NCBI GenBank assembly: GCA_951813565.1 | Contig: OX638351.1 | Location: 1,984,001 to 2,048,000 of the forward strand | Reading direction: 5' to 3' | Source of the DNA: an uncultured Poribacteria bacterium | Lineage (GTDB): Bacteria; Poribacteria; WGA-4E; WGA-3G | Length of the DNA: 64,000 nucleotides | In this document: one piece after another, positions 50,919-61,404 of the stretch | How positions within the stretch are numbered: the stretch's first letter is position 1 | How the letters are laid out: every line of letters begins with the position of its first letter | Position numbers and translations under genes: made by a program | Notes under the pieces: generated by a model | What the model saw: the letters and a program-made list of their open reading frames with translations, nothing else | The model's database searches: none | What the model was told of the DNA's origin: nothing

Positions 50919-51913
50919 CTACGATGCAATGGCAACTTGACTTTTCCATTATCCTGCTGTTGCGAAGTCAAAAAACCGATGATAATCTGAACTACCTTGT
51001 ATCCTTCAGTTCCAGGAGAGACAGGTTCTCCGCCCTCTGCAACGAGTTTCACTATCTCTTGAACCCCCGCAGGAATGCCGACAACATCCCACGATGGTGC
51101 CTCAATTTTTTCTACTGAATCTCCTTGATGAATTGTAGCACCGCCGTCGCTAATGAGAATATAGCCATTTGTGCCGACAATCTCGGCACGAAAGCCAGAT
51201 TGTGTATTCTTCGGTCCACCAGCATAATAGCCGCGCACCCCGTTCGCAAAATGGATGTACCCGTGTGCCGATGGTTCTGTTGACGGGTCGTGTCCACCAT
51301 CGCCTTTATACTCATTATAGTCCTCGTAGCCATCCTCTAATTCTGCAGTAACCCATTCTGGAGTCGAGTCTGCGAAATAGCAGATCGCATCAACACAGTG
51401 TGTTCCGTTACGAAAGAGCATGGCGCGTCCGCCGCTCAACGTGCCAATAACATATTGGACATCACCGATACGTCCTGCACCAACAACTTCATCTCTGGTG
51501 CGCCGCCACAACGGTTGCCACCTGCGCGTGTGGTCAATGGAAAGAATAGTACCGTTCTGATCCGTTGCCTCCAGCATTCTGTCCGCATCTTCAACGTTGG
51601 TTGCCATCGGTTTTTCGCAGAAGATGCCTTTAACGCCCGCGTTTGCTGCGTCAACGACAAGGTCTGCATGTCGATGGTCAGAAGTCGCAACTGTCACAAC
51701 ATCTAAGTTCTCAGCAGCGAGCATCTCTTGGTGGTTTGTGTAAAGAGAGATGTTATCCCAATTGTCCTGCCATTTTGCCTTGAATGCATCCAGTGTGCTT
51801 TGCACAAAATCACACCCTGCGGCTAATTCAACGTTCTGCAATCCGACTAACCCGGATGCGTGGATTGTCCCGATACCACTACAACCTATAATACCTGCAC
51901 GTAGTTTTGCCAT
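50915..51913 (-). CDS. Gfo/Idh/MocA family oxidoreductase
   Basis: GIIGCSGIG Rossmann motif, IFCEKPMA, NGTHCVD. Confidence 0.92.
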   Translation of the reverse strand: MAKLRAGIIGCSGIGTIHASGLVGLQNVELAAGCDFVQSTLDAFKAKWQDNWDNISLYTNHQEMLAAENLDVVTVATSDHRHADLVVDAANAGVKGIFCEKPMATNVEDADRMLEATDQNGTILSIDHTRRWQPLWRRTRDEVVGAGRIGDVQYVIGTLSGGRAMLFRNGTHCVDAICYFADSTPEWVTAELEDGYEDYNEYKGDGGHDPSTEPSAHGYIHFANGVRGYYAGGPKNTQSGFRAEIVGTNGYILISDGGATIHQGDSVEKIEAPSWDVVGIPAGVQEIVKLVAEGGEPVSPGTEGYKVVQIIIGFLTSQQQDNGKVKLPLHRS

Positions 51914-52099
51914 GTTCCTATCCTCCGCTATCCTAAAATCTTATCCCAGTGAGATTAACGCATTACCTTTGGCAAGATTGTATGCTACAGCAGATTAGAT
52001 GTCAAGTTTTTTGTGGAGAATAATACGATTTGATATATACTGAAAATTTTGGTAAAATATTTGGAAGGTTAACAAATCTTATTATGGAGGAAAATAACT

Positions 52100-52318
52100 G
52101 TGATTAGAATTATCGCTAATCCCGAAATTCTTGAAAGAAAACCGGTTATTGAAGGCACACGCATAAGCGTTGAACACGTATTGGGACTATTGGCAAACGG
52201 TATGACAAATGGAGATATTATTGCAGACTATCCGGATCTCACTGAAGAGAGTATTCGTGCTGTACTTGGCTATGCAGCCCGCACATTAACACTCCCCCGT
52301 CAAATCCCCATGCTTTAG
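52100..52318 (+). CDS. DUF433 family antitoxin-like protein, 3' end disrupted by IS200/IS605
   Basis: KPVIEGTRISVEHVL...DIIADYPDLTEESIRAVLGYA. Confidence 0.85.
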   Translation: MIRIIANPEILERKPVIEGTRISVEHVLGLLANGMTNGDIIADYPDLTEESIRAVLGYAARTLTLPRQIPML

Positions 52319-52818
52319 CTTGTGGGATGTAGACGGCTAAGTGGTTGGTAGCAAAAATAAACTTGACAATCTAATCACAATGTGGTATAACATACTATAC
52401 GCTATTATAGAAAGGTAAGATATTATGCCACTCAAAATCTCTAATAAAAAGCGTAATTATCGCACTACGAACAAAACAGTCTATAGTTGTCAATATCACG
52501 TGATTTGGTGTGCCAAGTATTGTCGTAAGGTTTTGGACACTCAAATACAAGGGCGTCTCAAACAACTGATACGCGAAAAACAAGACGCGTATGGTTACAA
52601 AATCCGTGAAGTTGAAACACAATCTGAACATGTACATTTACTGGTAGAAATGCCTCCTACAGATTCTGTAGACAAAATCGTTGGCAAAATCAAAGGTTAC
52701 ACCTCAAAAGTTTTGCGAGAAGAATACCCTTCTCTAAAAAGTCGTCTTCCTTCACTTTGGACGCGTTCAAAATTTGTAAGTTCCTGTGGTGGTATAACGC
52801 TACAAGTCATAAAAGACT
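52290..52818 (+). mobile_element. tnpA: IS200/IS605 left end and truncated TnpA (52425..)
   Basis: Left-end hairpin CCGTC..ATCCCCATG..TGTGGGATG..GACGG; TTGACA-17-TATAAC promoter; YHVIWCAKY, HUH motif EHVHLL, LWTRS; cut at the expected catalytic Tyr codon. Confidence 0.88.
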
Positions 52819-54245
52819 GGCTCTTGTAAAGAATGAGTGCTTTTTTCTTTATTTGTGCTATAGTATAGTATATGGATTTTCCAATACTTTCTTTAATTGA
52901 TGATGAAAGCGCGGAGGAATGGTTGCTAAACCATTTCCATCCCCAGGGTTTACACTGTCCACATTGCGATGCGAGCGTGGAGGAGGCACGCTATTTTAGA
53001 ACAACAAAAACAAGTTGCCTAAAGGTTTACCGCTGTCCAATATGTAAGGGTGTATATAACCTCTATAGTGGGACAGTGTTTGCTCAAAAACAGTATCGTC
53101 CTTCACAGGTAGTTCTGCTTTTGCAAGGTGTTTGCAAAGGTTTTTCTTCCGCCCAATTGGCACGCGAACTCGATATCAGTCGTCAAGCGGTGCTTTCCAT
53201 ACGGCGTGTGCTTCAGGCGTCTGCACAGATGATGCAACCTGAGGTAGTTTTGCCGGACACTGAAACAGAAACAGATGAGATGTTTCAAAACGCTGGTGAA
53301 AAAGGAGACCCGCATAAAGACCCAAAGGCCCCAACGCGTCGGCGTGGTAATAAACGCAGAGGTCATGGCACTTATGAGAATGATCGTCCCCCTATAGTCG
53401 GCACGATCGGGCGCAAAAGTAAACGTGTCCGATTGCGTGTGGCACATCGGACCGATAGTGCTACACTCTCATCACACGTGCATCAGTTCACGCGCCCCAT
53501 TGCTACTGTCCATACAGATGGATGGCGAGGCTATAATGGTATTGATCGTTCTCCTGTGAGCGTGTGTGATGGTGATGGCGAATGGGCGAGGGATGACGAT
53601 GCGGATGGTATTTTTGAAACTCACATCAACACGATTGAAGGTGTGTGGACAACGGTTCGTAACTTTCTCCGCCCATTTCGCGGTGTTCATAAAAAGTTCC
53701 GATAGTTTTAAACTATATATTTCCGTGTAATACATTGGATATCGCGGGAAATACACGTTTTGCAAGGTATCCGAGGATACCCAGGGTCTATCTACCAAAG
53801 CGTGTCTACAATAGACACGCGCCTATTTTCTCTTTATGCAATTGTCTGCTTGGTTTGTTATGCGCTGCGACGACACGCTACCAGACAGGTTTTTTATGCT
53901 TTCCGCCTGTCATTTTTTATCAACGCTTTTCGGCTTGCTTGAGACATATCCAAGTATCCACCGAGAATCCGTCTATCATCTCTAAAGGCACTCTTGCAGC
54001 CAAAGTGTTATGATACGTGACACATGTCAAAAACTACAGATAGAAAACTGAGATACAGACACAATCATGTCAAAAGACAAGCATAGTATTATGCCCGTAA
54101 ATATCAAGAAATATATAGATTATTAAATACTGTTACTTAACCTTTCGGGATATATCGCTATCTGTGAATTTGTTATTAATCTCAAATCTATTACTACTGA
54201 GTTTATATCAAAACTCGTCCAACGCACTCACTCATAACATGAGCC
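52819..54245 (+). mobile_element. IS1595 family element; transposase 52872.. interrupted at 53700 and resuming at 54143
   Basis: TIR GGCTCTTGTAAAGAATGAGTGC versus reverse complement GGCTCATGTTATGAGTGAGTGC; CPHC...CPIC zinc finger, ETDE, HTDGWRGY, HINTIEGVW; tail LSGYIAICEF after the insert. Confidence 0.9.
53701..54142. mobile_element. 442-bp apparently non-coding insertion with duplicated CC core
   Basis: Removal restores the ...HKKFLSGY... reading frame; subterminal 11-bp IR CTATATATTTC/GAAATATATAG. Confidence 0.75.
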
Positions 54246-54469
54246 CAAACGCTTTTGTTGTTAAATCGGGCTTATAAAGTCTTCCTATAAGAGTGCTTCT
54301 CGACAATTGAATGGCTCTGGATGTGGCAAAGAAAAAATACACATCTTTTCTTATGTATGCTATAATTTGAAGGAAACATGTCATTGATACTTGCTATTAG
54401 AGGGTTTCAAGCTGCTCTGAAAGTCGAACGATTTCACAACATTATTCAACATAAGAGAGGAGAGGCAAG

Positions 54470-55282
54470 ATGAACGCAAAAATAGGTTTGATATTAGCTT
54501 TAGCGATCTTGGTTTTGCAGGCAAATCCGCTTGAGAGCCAAGTTGTTGAAGATGGATTAGTTAGTTACTGGAGTTTTGATGATGCAGACGTTGGAGGCGA
54601 TATTGTTAAAGACCTTGTAGGAGGTAATCACGGAACGATTGTAGGTGCACCTAAGCAGGTCAAAGGCAAAATCGGTGAAGCGTTTGAATTCAGAGGGGAA
54701 CCAGACGCGATTGATGTTGCCTCACCGGCCAATGGAAGTCTGGATTTTGGCGATGATAAAGATTTCTCAATGATGGCATGGATTAAAGTTGACAAACCAC
54801 CGGAATTGGACGGCGGACAGTCTACAATTGTTAGCAAGGGAGATGGAGGTAACAACGCCAGGATTCTCTGGAAAATATTGGCGACTCAACTACAGGTGAC
54901 AATAGCAAATGAAGCCGGTGGAGGACCCAAAATCGACTTTAATTCCGTCGGTGATGTTGTAGATGGAAAATGGCATTATGTTTTCTTTGTGGCAGACAGA
55001 TCGGATACGACTCGCATCTATATTGATGGCAAACTTGATGCTGAGGGAGGGCCCTCTGAAGGCACAGATATTACAACAGAATCTCCATTATTCATTGGTG
55101 CATCTGTCCGAATCGGCAAAGCCACACGTAGATATTTTGAAGGGTTAATTGACGAGGTGGGTATCTATAATCGTGCGCTAACAGATAATGAAATCGAATG
55201 GAACTTCAATTCAGAAGGGCTCGCAGTCAGTCCTCAAAAGAAACTTGCTATCGCATGGGGAGAAATAAAAGTTTCAAGGTAA
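54470..55282 (+). CDS. Secreted LamG/concanavalin-like domain protein with WGxxK tail
   Basis: GLVSYWSFD, GKIGEAFEF, DGKWHYV, FEGLIDEVGIYNRALT; ends LAVSPQKKLAIAWGEIKVSR. Confidence 0.9.
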   Translation: MNAKIGLILALAILVLQANPLESQVVEDGLVSYWSFDDADVGGDIVKDLVGGNHGTIVGAPKQVKGKIGEAFEFRGEPDAIDVASPANGSLDFGDDKDFSMMAWIKVDKPPELDGGQSTIVSKGDGGNNARILWKILATQLQVTIANEAGGGPKIDFNSVGDVVDGKWHYVFFVADRSDTTRIYIDGKLDAEGGPSEGTDITTESPLFIGASVRIGKATRRYFEGLIDEVGIYNRALTDNEIEWNFNSEGLAVSPQKKLAIAWGEIKVSR

Positions 55283-55418
55283 CTAAAGTTTGGACAATTT
55301 TTAGATTTTTGTTTAATTAACCAGTTATAGTGAATTCCCAAAATACGGTGATATTATCAAGAACCAAGATCATTTTCGATAGATTGGTATTTACCGTCTA
55401 ATTTGGCTGAAAGGAGTG

Positions 55419-56820
55419 TCACAGTTGCGCCGATAGCATAACTGTGACACTTGTAAGTTCTATACGGATTGACTCTACTTTAAAATGACGAACCGCCGTG
55501 TTTGTTCTCAGGTTTCGGACGATTACCTTGTAACCGTCAAACGTTGGTTTACCATCCAAGTGCCCACTTACAACAAACGCCCACGCTTCCTGTGCCTGGG
55601 ATATGGCAGGTGCTGCTGCATCCTGCGTTTGATTTGTCCACCGTGATCCCACGAAGGCAAAATTGCGCGTCTGTGGGACATTAACGATATAGCCTTGTCC
55701 ACCTTCAATGGGGAATCCATCGTCAGGTGCGCCCGGTGTCCAACCGATGAACCGTTGATTTGCGGCATCAAGTCTATTACAACAGTTGCACCAGCTATCC
55801 CAGCGAGTGATTTTGCGGTCATCGGTTTTGGAGATGCCAAAGGTAGAGAAAGTATGTTTAAACCCTTTGTCAGCGTGAGGTTGTATGAGTTACCAAAATG
55901 GTCGCTCTCCTCCTTGGCAGCAGGTATAGCGATGAACCCGTGTCTGCGTCCATCTGCTGAGTCGTAGTGTTCGACGACTGAACCGTCCTGATTGATATTC
56001 CAGCCCTCCGTGCTGACACTGCCCGGAAACTTCAATTCTTTTAGGTTGAGGGGGCTGCCGACATAGGTGCGTGGAACATCACCCACCGCTTTGGCTCGAC
56101 CAACGACAACCCTTGCATTGTTGAGACCGTGCAGAAAAAAGTATTCCAGATTTGTTGCGTTTGGAAGGTCAATAGATAGAAATCTGCCCACCGAACTACG
56201 CATGTATGCATGATATATACCTTTAGCATCCACGTAGCTGCCCACGATATGGCCTGTCCAGCTCACAAAATCGGCATAAGTTGCCGATGCCCCGGGAACC
56301 TCGACTATTGTATCCCCTGAGAACCCGCGGCAAACACCAGAGGCATCTATATAACTACCCGTCAGTGCCCCCGTTGCATCACTAAGACCGTATATCTCCG
56401 TTTGAACGGCATCCGGAAAATCGTATTGCCGCAACTCACCATTTTCTAAGATGGCACCATGGTACAGACCATCGCTATCTTGGTAGTGTCCGGCAGCTTG
56501 CCCATCATTACCGAGTGCATAGAAATAGGTGCCCTGCGAGTCAGGGAAATCATAGGTCGTAAAAACGCCATTGATGAGTGTAAAGGCGATTTCTTTTCAC
56601 CATCAGCACTTTTCGTGTAGCCTGCGTAATCCTCAAAATCGCTACTTGCAGTCAAAGCTAAAAAGTCTGCACCCGGAACATCAATCGTCTCAAATGTATA
56701 GTTGTCACTGAAGGATTCAGCCTTGTCTTGTGCAGTGGTGTTCCTTATGAAAAAGGAATTGAGGCACATTAACAACGTGAACGTGTAAAGCAAGAAACTG
56801 GTTTTAATCTGTGTAGGCAT
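55419..56820 (-). pseudogene. Secreted repeat/beta-propeller protein, two frameshifts and apparent 3' truncation
   Basis: ORFs 56446..56922, 55568..56434 and 55419..55652 join with frameshifts near 56590 and 55770; repeated YDFP/IDVPG units; LTKGLNILSLPL. Confidence 0.7.
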
Positions 56821-57237
56821 AACGAAAGCTCCTAAATTATTTTTTCTAAAGATCAAAAACAATATATCAGATAACCTGCCCTGAATGGCGATGCTTGTAG
56901 TTGAAGCTTCGCAAGTAGGCATTCAGAAATAAGGTTAAAACGTGTACCGAGTATCATGGTGTACATTCAAAATCCTAAAAGTATGTAACCCAAGTTGCCA
57001 TCTAAGCAAAGCGAAAATATGAAGACCGTTTAACAAGGCAGTTTGAATTCTATAACATCTTCCAAACTTTAGTTTGCAGACACCCACAGGCGTGCCACGA
57101 CAAGATGTCTATATATTTTTATAATTCACCATTATAATATTACTATACTTTGGACAGTTTTAAGTTTTTTTGACACAAAAGCAGAAAAGAGTTTATCCTT
57201 TCAGAATATAACAACACTATTTTGAAAGGACATCAAA

Positions 57238-57338
57238 ATGGATCCTCTTTTCCGCTTAGAACGCATGCTATCAGATTTTAGACCTCTCTTCAAGTATAAC
57301 AATTTTAATCATTTTCGCACCATTGTCTCAGGTTTGAT
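57238..57338 (+). pseudogene. Possible transposase N-terminal stub cut by a MITE
   Basis: RBS plus MDPLFRLERMLSDFRPLFKYNNFNHFRTIVSGL ending at a MITE TIR; family uncertain. Confidence 0.4.
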
Positions 57339-58159
57339 GGGTGTGTAAAGTTTTTGTAGAAATCCGCACAACCCCTATTGTAGGGGCGGGGCACAGGGAC
57401 CCCATAGGCGTCAATTTAAGGATTTGTTTCAGGTTGGACGCTATTAAATACAACCTACAAACCTCACGCTTATTGTAGGGGCGGGTCTCTGTGCCCGCCC
57501 GTTGTTTGAATACATCAGCAATGGCGGGGCACAGGGACCCCGCCCTACGATGTGTGACGGGATTTATCCCCTAAATTGACGCCTATGGGGCGGGGCACAG
57601 GGACCCCGCCCTACAGTGGAAAACGCCGCGTAATCATTGTAAATTGAACCTATGTAAACGTGAGTTTGATAATAAAATTCAATAACCACTGTCCGTTGGG
57701 TAGAACGGAATAAACAAAAAATCGGACATAAAAGAGCGATTTTTTCTCCATTTGATGCCGAAATAACAGGAAAATGAGTGAAACTCAACTTTAAATTACT
57801 TCCAAGACGGTTGAATTGTTGGGTTTCGCTTCGCTCTACTCATAGGCGTCAATTTTAGGATATATCCTATTGTGGGAGCGAATCAACGCAGCATGCGCGT
57901 TTGGCATGCTGCCAAATCAACGCCAAATGCGACGAGTGCCATACGCGCGCTCGGCGTTGATTCTGCTTTTGGCATTTGTCGGGTTTTCAACCCCGATATA
58001 ACGATTTGAGTCTCACAATATCGGGCTTAGAAAGCCCTCCCACAAGAAAATCAGGCACTAAATTGACGCCTATAGGTTTCGCTTCGCTCTACCCAACGGA
58101 CATCTACATTTAGGTCTAATTATCAAACTCACGTTATGTAACCAAATATTTACACACCC
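57339..58159. mobile_element. GGGTGTGTAAA-family MITE with multiple nested insertions
   Basis: Same scaffold as 61405..61616, interrupted by 57403..57587, 57657..58135 and 57841..58074. Confidence 0.85.
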
Positions 58160-58398
58160 TTTAAAAAAAATAAGTTGCATTTTAATTTATTTCGTGTTAT
58201 AATAGTTTATAACGACTAAAACAGAGTTTTCAACATGGGTACCCTTTATCTAAAATTATATTAGATAACTCTGGTTTAGTCGCCGGGGTGCCCGTTTCTT
58301 TTTTAAGCAGGTGGAAAGACCACCACAGGAAAAGGCAACCTTGGCGACGAAACAGAACGCCTACGCGCAACGCGTGGCATAACAACAGGAGGTATAAA

Positions 58399-59136
58399 AT
58401 GGCTATAGGATTTTATACCAAATGGATTATCAGCGGCATTGTGCTGCTGATAATCGTTAGCGTAGGGTGTGTATTGTGGTTTAGATACGATACGGCACCC
58501 TACAGACAAGAGGCATCCGAAACCGCCGAGTTAATCCGCCAACGGGAAACAACCCAAAAAGCGGATGCGAATGGCGAGGCCGCACCGGCTGCCGAAGCCG
58601 CTGCGGAAAGCGAAACGCCAACCGTAGAGAAACAAAGAACCAATATAACCCCCGTGACGAAAGACATAGAACCGACACAAGCACAAACACACCTCTCAAC
58701 GGAAAACGCAGAGACGGCAGAAGTGCGCGTGTCACCGCATGGGTTCGGGCCCTTCCCAGAGGTGCCCGAAGATTATCCACATCAAGACGTCTTTGAAACA
58801 ATCAGCGATGACCCTGCTTATGAATTAATGGATAGAGTACGAATCAAACTCTGGAAGCAGGGAGTCCAAACAATAGGGATACATGGAGAGGGCGGTCTTT
58901 TTTACCCAACAATTCCAGGAACAATCTACATAGAACATGAGCGGATTGACTACGGTAACGGTGTAGTATTCAGCAGCCGAAGTCTCTCCGGAGATCCGGA
59001 AGCACTACAAAGTTTAGGACAAATCAACTGGAACCTTCCGCTCGAACAAATTTCTTTTCCATCCAATATAAAAGTGATTGATGCCAAAGAAGGCGGCATC
59101 AATCCTTACATTTTTTTAGATTTACAAAAGGAGTAA
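58399..59136 (+). CDS. Membrane-anchored hypothetical protein with VRVSPHGFGP motif
   Basis: RBS GGAGG before ATG 58399; TM helix; paralog of 12399..13184. Confidence 0.82.
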   Translation: MAIGFYTKWIISGIVLLIIVSVGCVLWFRYDTAPYRQEASETAELIRQRETTQKADANGEAAPAAEAAAESETPTVEKQRTNITPVTKDIEPTQAQTHLSTENAETAEVRVSPHGFGPFPEVPEDYPHQDVFETISDDPAYELMDRVRIKLWKQGVQTIGIHGEGGLFYPTIPGTIYIEHERIDYGNGVVFSSRSLSGDPEALQSLGQINWNLPLEQISFPSNIKVIDAKEGGINPYIFLDLQKE

Positions 59137-59140
59137 AACA

Positions 59141-59683
59141 ATGAAAAAGTATTTTTTACTGACCATTCTATTAACTTTTATAGCATTTTCAGTTATTGCC
59201 CATTTTCACAACGAAGCATGGGAAGAAGAACGAGAAATAAGCGGCGGTACTGTTATCAGTGGAATTTATCGTACTGCAGGCGATGTTGACGGTCCTCTCA
59301 ATGTAAGTTCCTATTGTGTAATATACAAGACATGGAGCGATACAATGCCAAGCGATACCCATGATGGCATGGTGCATCATGGGTACGCCGCCGGTTCCGT
59401 TTACAACTCCGAAGATGATGAAAAATATGAAGGAGATTGGTTTATAAACGTTCAAGCCATAGGTCACGAAACATTATTCGCCAAAAATCCGAGTGGCCCC
59501 TTCGAAGGTCAATTTAGTAAAAGCGCAGCCGCAAGTCTGGCCATTGAGAATTTTGGGTTATGCAAAGAGATGTTTCCAGATGTAAGTTATGATATAAACA
59601 AACCTTATTCTGTTTCTCACATGCTTGGGAATCATCCATCAAAACAGGAAGATAACGCAGCCTTAACAACAATACCATTTTAA
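59141..59683 (+). CDS. Secreted hypothetical protein
   Basis: Signal peptide MKKYFLLTILLTFIAFSVIA; followed by a terminator-like hairpin at 59698-59736. Confidence 0.78.
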   Translation: MKKYFLLTILLTFIAFSVIAHFHNEAWEEEREISGGTVISGIYRTAGDVDGPLNVSSYCVIYKTWSDTMPSDTHDGMVHHGYAAGSVYNSEDDEKYEGDWFINVQAIGHETLFAKNPSGPFEGQFSKSAAASLAIENFGLCKEMFPDVSYDINKPYSVSHMLGNHPSKQEDNAALTTIPF

Positions 59684-59842
59684 GTTAAGACTAACACAGG
59701 CAGGTATCCTTTTGTATATCTGCCTATTTCTTTTTCGGCGTGTTTTGGTGTTTCTGTGTTCACTCAGCACTCGCTTATCAGGAGACTTGCGATCTGTGCT
59801 ATTGCTATAGTCGCGTCACTTCGTCTTCGTAACCATTGAAAA

Positions 59843-61327
59843 CTATTTATCGGGTGCAGAAATCGTTTTCCATTCGGGCCAAATTTCTATCGCAGATTCT
59901 GGCAAAATAGTTAGTGCTCCCTCTTGACTCACAAGAGCAACTTGCAAACTGTTTTGCCCTACTTCTCTCTGTAGCGGCAATAACCAATAAGCGTGATACA
60001 AATCCCCATCAACATAACCGCCAACACATATATCTTCAATATGTTGATAGATAATATCCGCATCCCCTTGCAACTCGTGTATAACTTGTCCATTTTGTTC
60101 AATCTGAATAATAAGCGAAGATGAAACTGAATTCAACCAATTTGCTCTGAGAAAAAGTATCGGTTGACCGTCTGTGTTTTCTAACTCAAAGGTTGCTTCA
60201 ATAGCATTTTGCTCTCCTGCTTTCAGAGACATAAGAGATTTTACCAGCGGATGCTTGGCAAAAACTGGCTCCGCCTCCCCTTGATGTAAACGGGCAAACG
60301 GCGCTCCGTAGGCGTGCCATTCTAAGAACGTCATCAGGTGTGTGCCTATCTCTCTATCAAGTTGACGGATAGTTCCTGTCTGTTCAAGTTCCAGTAATGC
60401 TTCGCAAAGATTCGTTACATTCGCGTATTCGGTGCGTGCTACAGAAAGTAGTTTTGCCACAGGCCATTCTGGATGTGCCTGATATGCGTCCAAAAAGTGC
60501 ATCACTAACTGATTGGTATACCGCGCGGGCGTCATTCCTGCAACTGTAGCGGTACTACCAAGATAGGCACGGCAACCGTTATTCAAAAACGCTCGTAACA
60601 ACACTGAACCAGGAGGTGTGGTAGCACACCCATCAACAATCGCAATAGGATGATGCGGTAATGTTGGCATGCCTTTCGCTGTTACAAAATCTTCACCGAA
60701 TCTATTGCTCAAACTTTTCGGAGTGCCATGCCCAAAATGGATAATCAAATCTGACTGTGTTAGGCGTTCCGCTCCACCTCTTCCCAGTACTGCAACCTCA
60801 TGTCCTTGTTGTGTCAACACATCAAGAAACCGCTGCGTTTCCAGATGGATGCGGGTATCCTCCGAACATAAAATCGACGTCTCCGGTCCGCCGATTTGGG
60901 CAGTTTCGCTCAGTTGCCGCTGCATCGCTTCGGGATTACCAAGTACCCGTGTCGTCACAACTTCAGGAAGACCATCGCCATCTAAATCCGCATAGAAAGA
61001 ATCCGTATGAAGGCGTAATCTGTCCAAGCGAACTTCCCACATTGGAATAATGTTTTCATCTCCTACCAATATAAGATAATCCAGTTGTCCACCAGTTTTT
61101 GATATTATCTCTGATTTAATCTCCCTCACTATTTCTGTTAACTCTGGGTTGGGATACGTCGGTATTGTAATATGTTTTCCTGTCTTTTCCCGATAAACTT
61201 CATCAATATCAAGTATATCAGCATTATATCTACGCGCGAAAGTCTCAACCGCTTTCTGGATACCCAACACATCTTCAGGGTAAGTATCCGCAAGTTTAGT
61301 CATATTTACCAGTATCAACATCTTCAT
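59843..61327 (-). CDS. C25 (gingipain)-like cysteine peptidase without signal peptide
   Basis: DYLILVGDENIIP, TDSFYADLDGD..PEV..R, HFGHG and DGCAT candidate His/Cys dyad, YGAP. Confidence 0.7.
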   Translation of the reverse strand: MKMLILVNMTKLADTYPEDVLGIQKAVETFARRYNADILDIDEVYREKTGKHITIPTYPNPELTEIVREIKSEIISKTGGQLDYLILVGDENIIPMWEVRLDRLRLHTDSFYADLDGDGLPEVVTTRVLGNPEAMQRQLSETAQIGGPETSILCSEDTRIHLETQRFLDVLTQQGHEVAVLGRGGAERLTQSDLIIHFGHGTPKSLSNRFGEDFVTAKGMPTLPHHPIAIVDGCATTPPGSVLLRAFLNNGCRAYLGSTATVAGMTPARYTNQLVMHFLDAYQAHPEWPVAKLLSVARTEYANVTNLCEALLELEQTGTIRQLDREIGTHLMTFLEWHAYGAPFARLHQGEAEPVFAKHPLVKSLMSLKAGEQNAIEATFELENTDGQPILFLRANWLNSVSSSLIIQIEQNGQVIHELQGDADIIYQHIEDICVGGYVDGDLYHAYWLLPLQREVGQNSLQVALVSQEGALTILPESAIEIWPEWKTISAPDK

Positions 61328-61404
61328 TTGAAATCTCCGTGTTTTTTCTTTCTTTTTTACATCATTAGTATACCGAGATAATTGTCATTTTTCAAGTCTG
61401 AATT

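Noticed and set aside
53701..54142. Group I intron / IStron
   Set aside because: The size fits, but I could not find convincing P4/P7 core motifs by eye; it needs a covariance model search.
58320..58352. c-di-GMP-I riboswitch-like GGAAAAGGCAACC
   Set aside because: Lacks the GNRA-capped P2 and the P3 receptor arrangement; the segment pairs better with upstream sequence.
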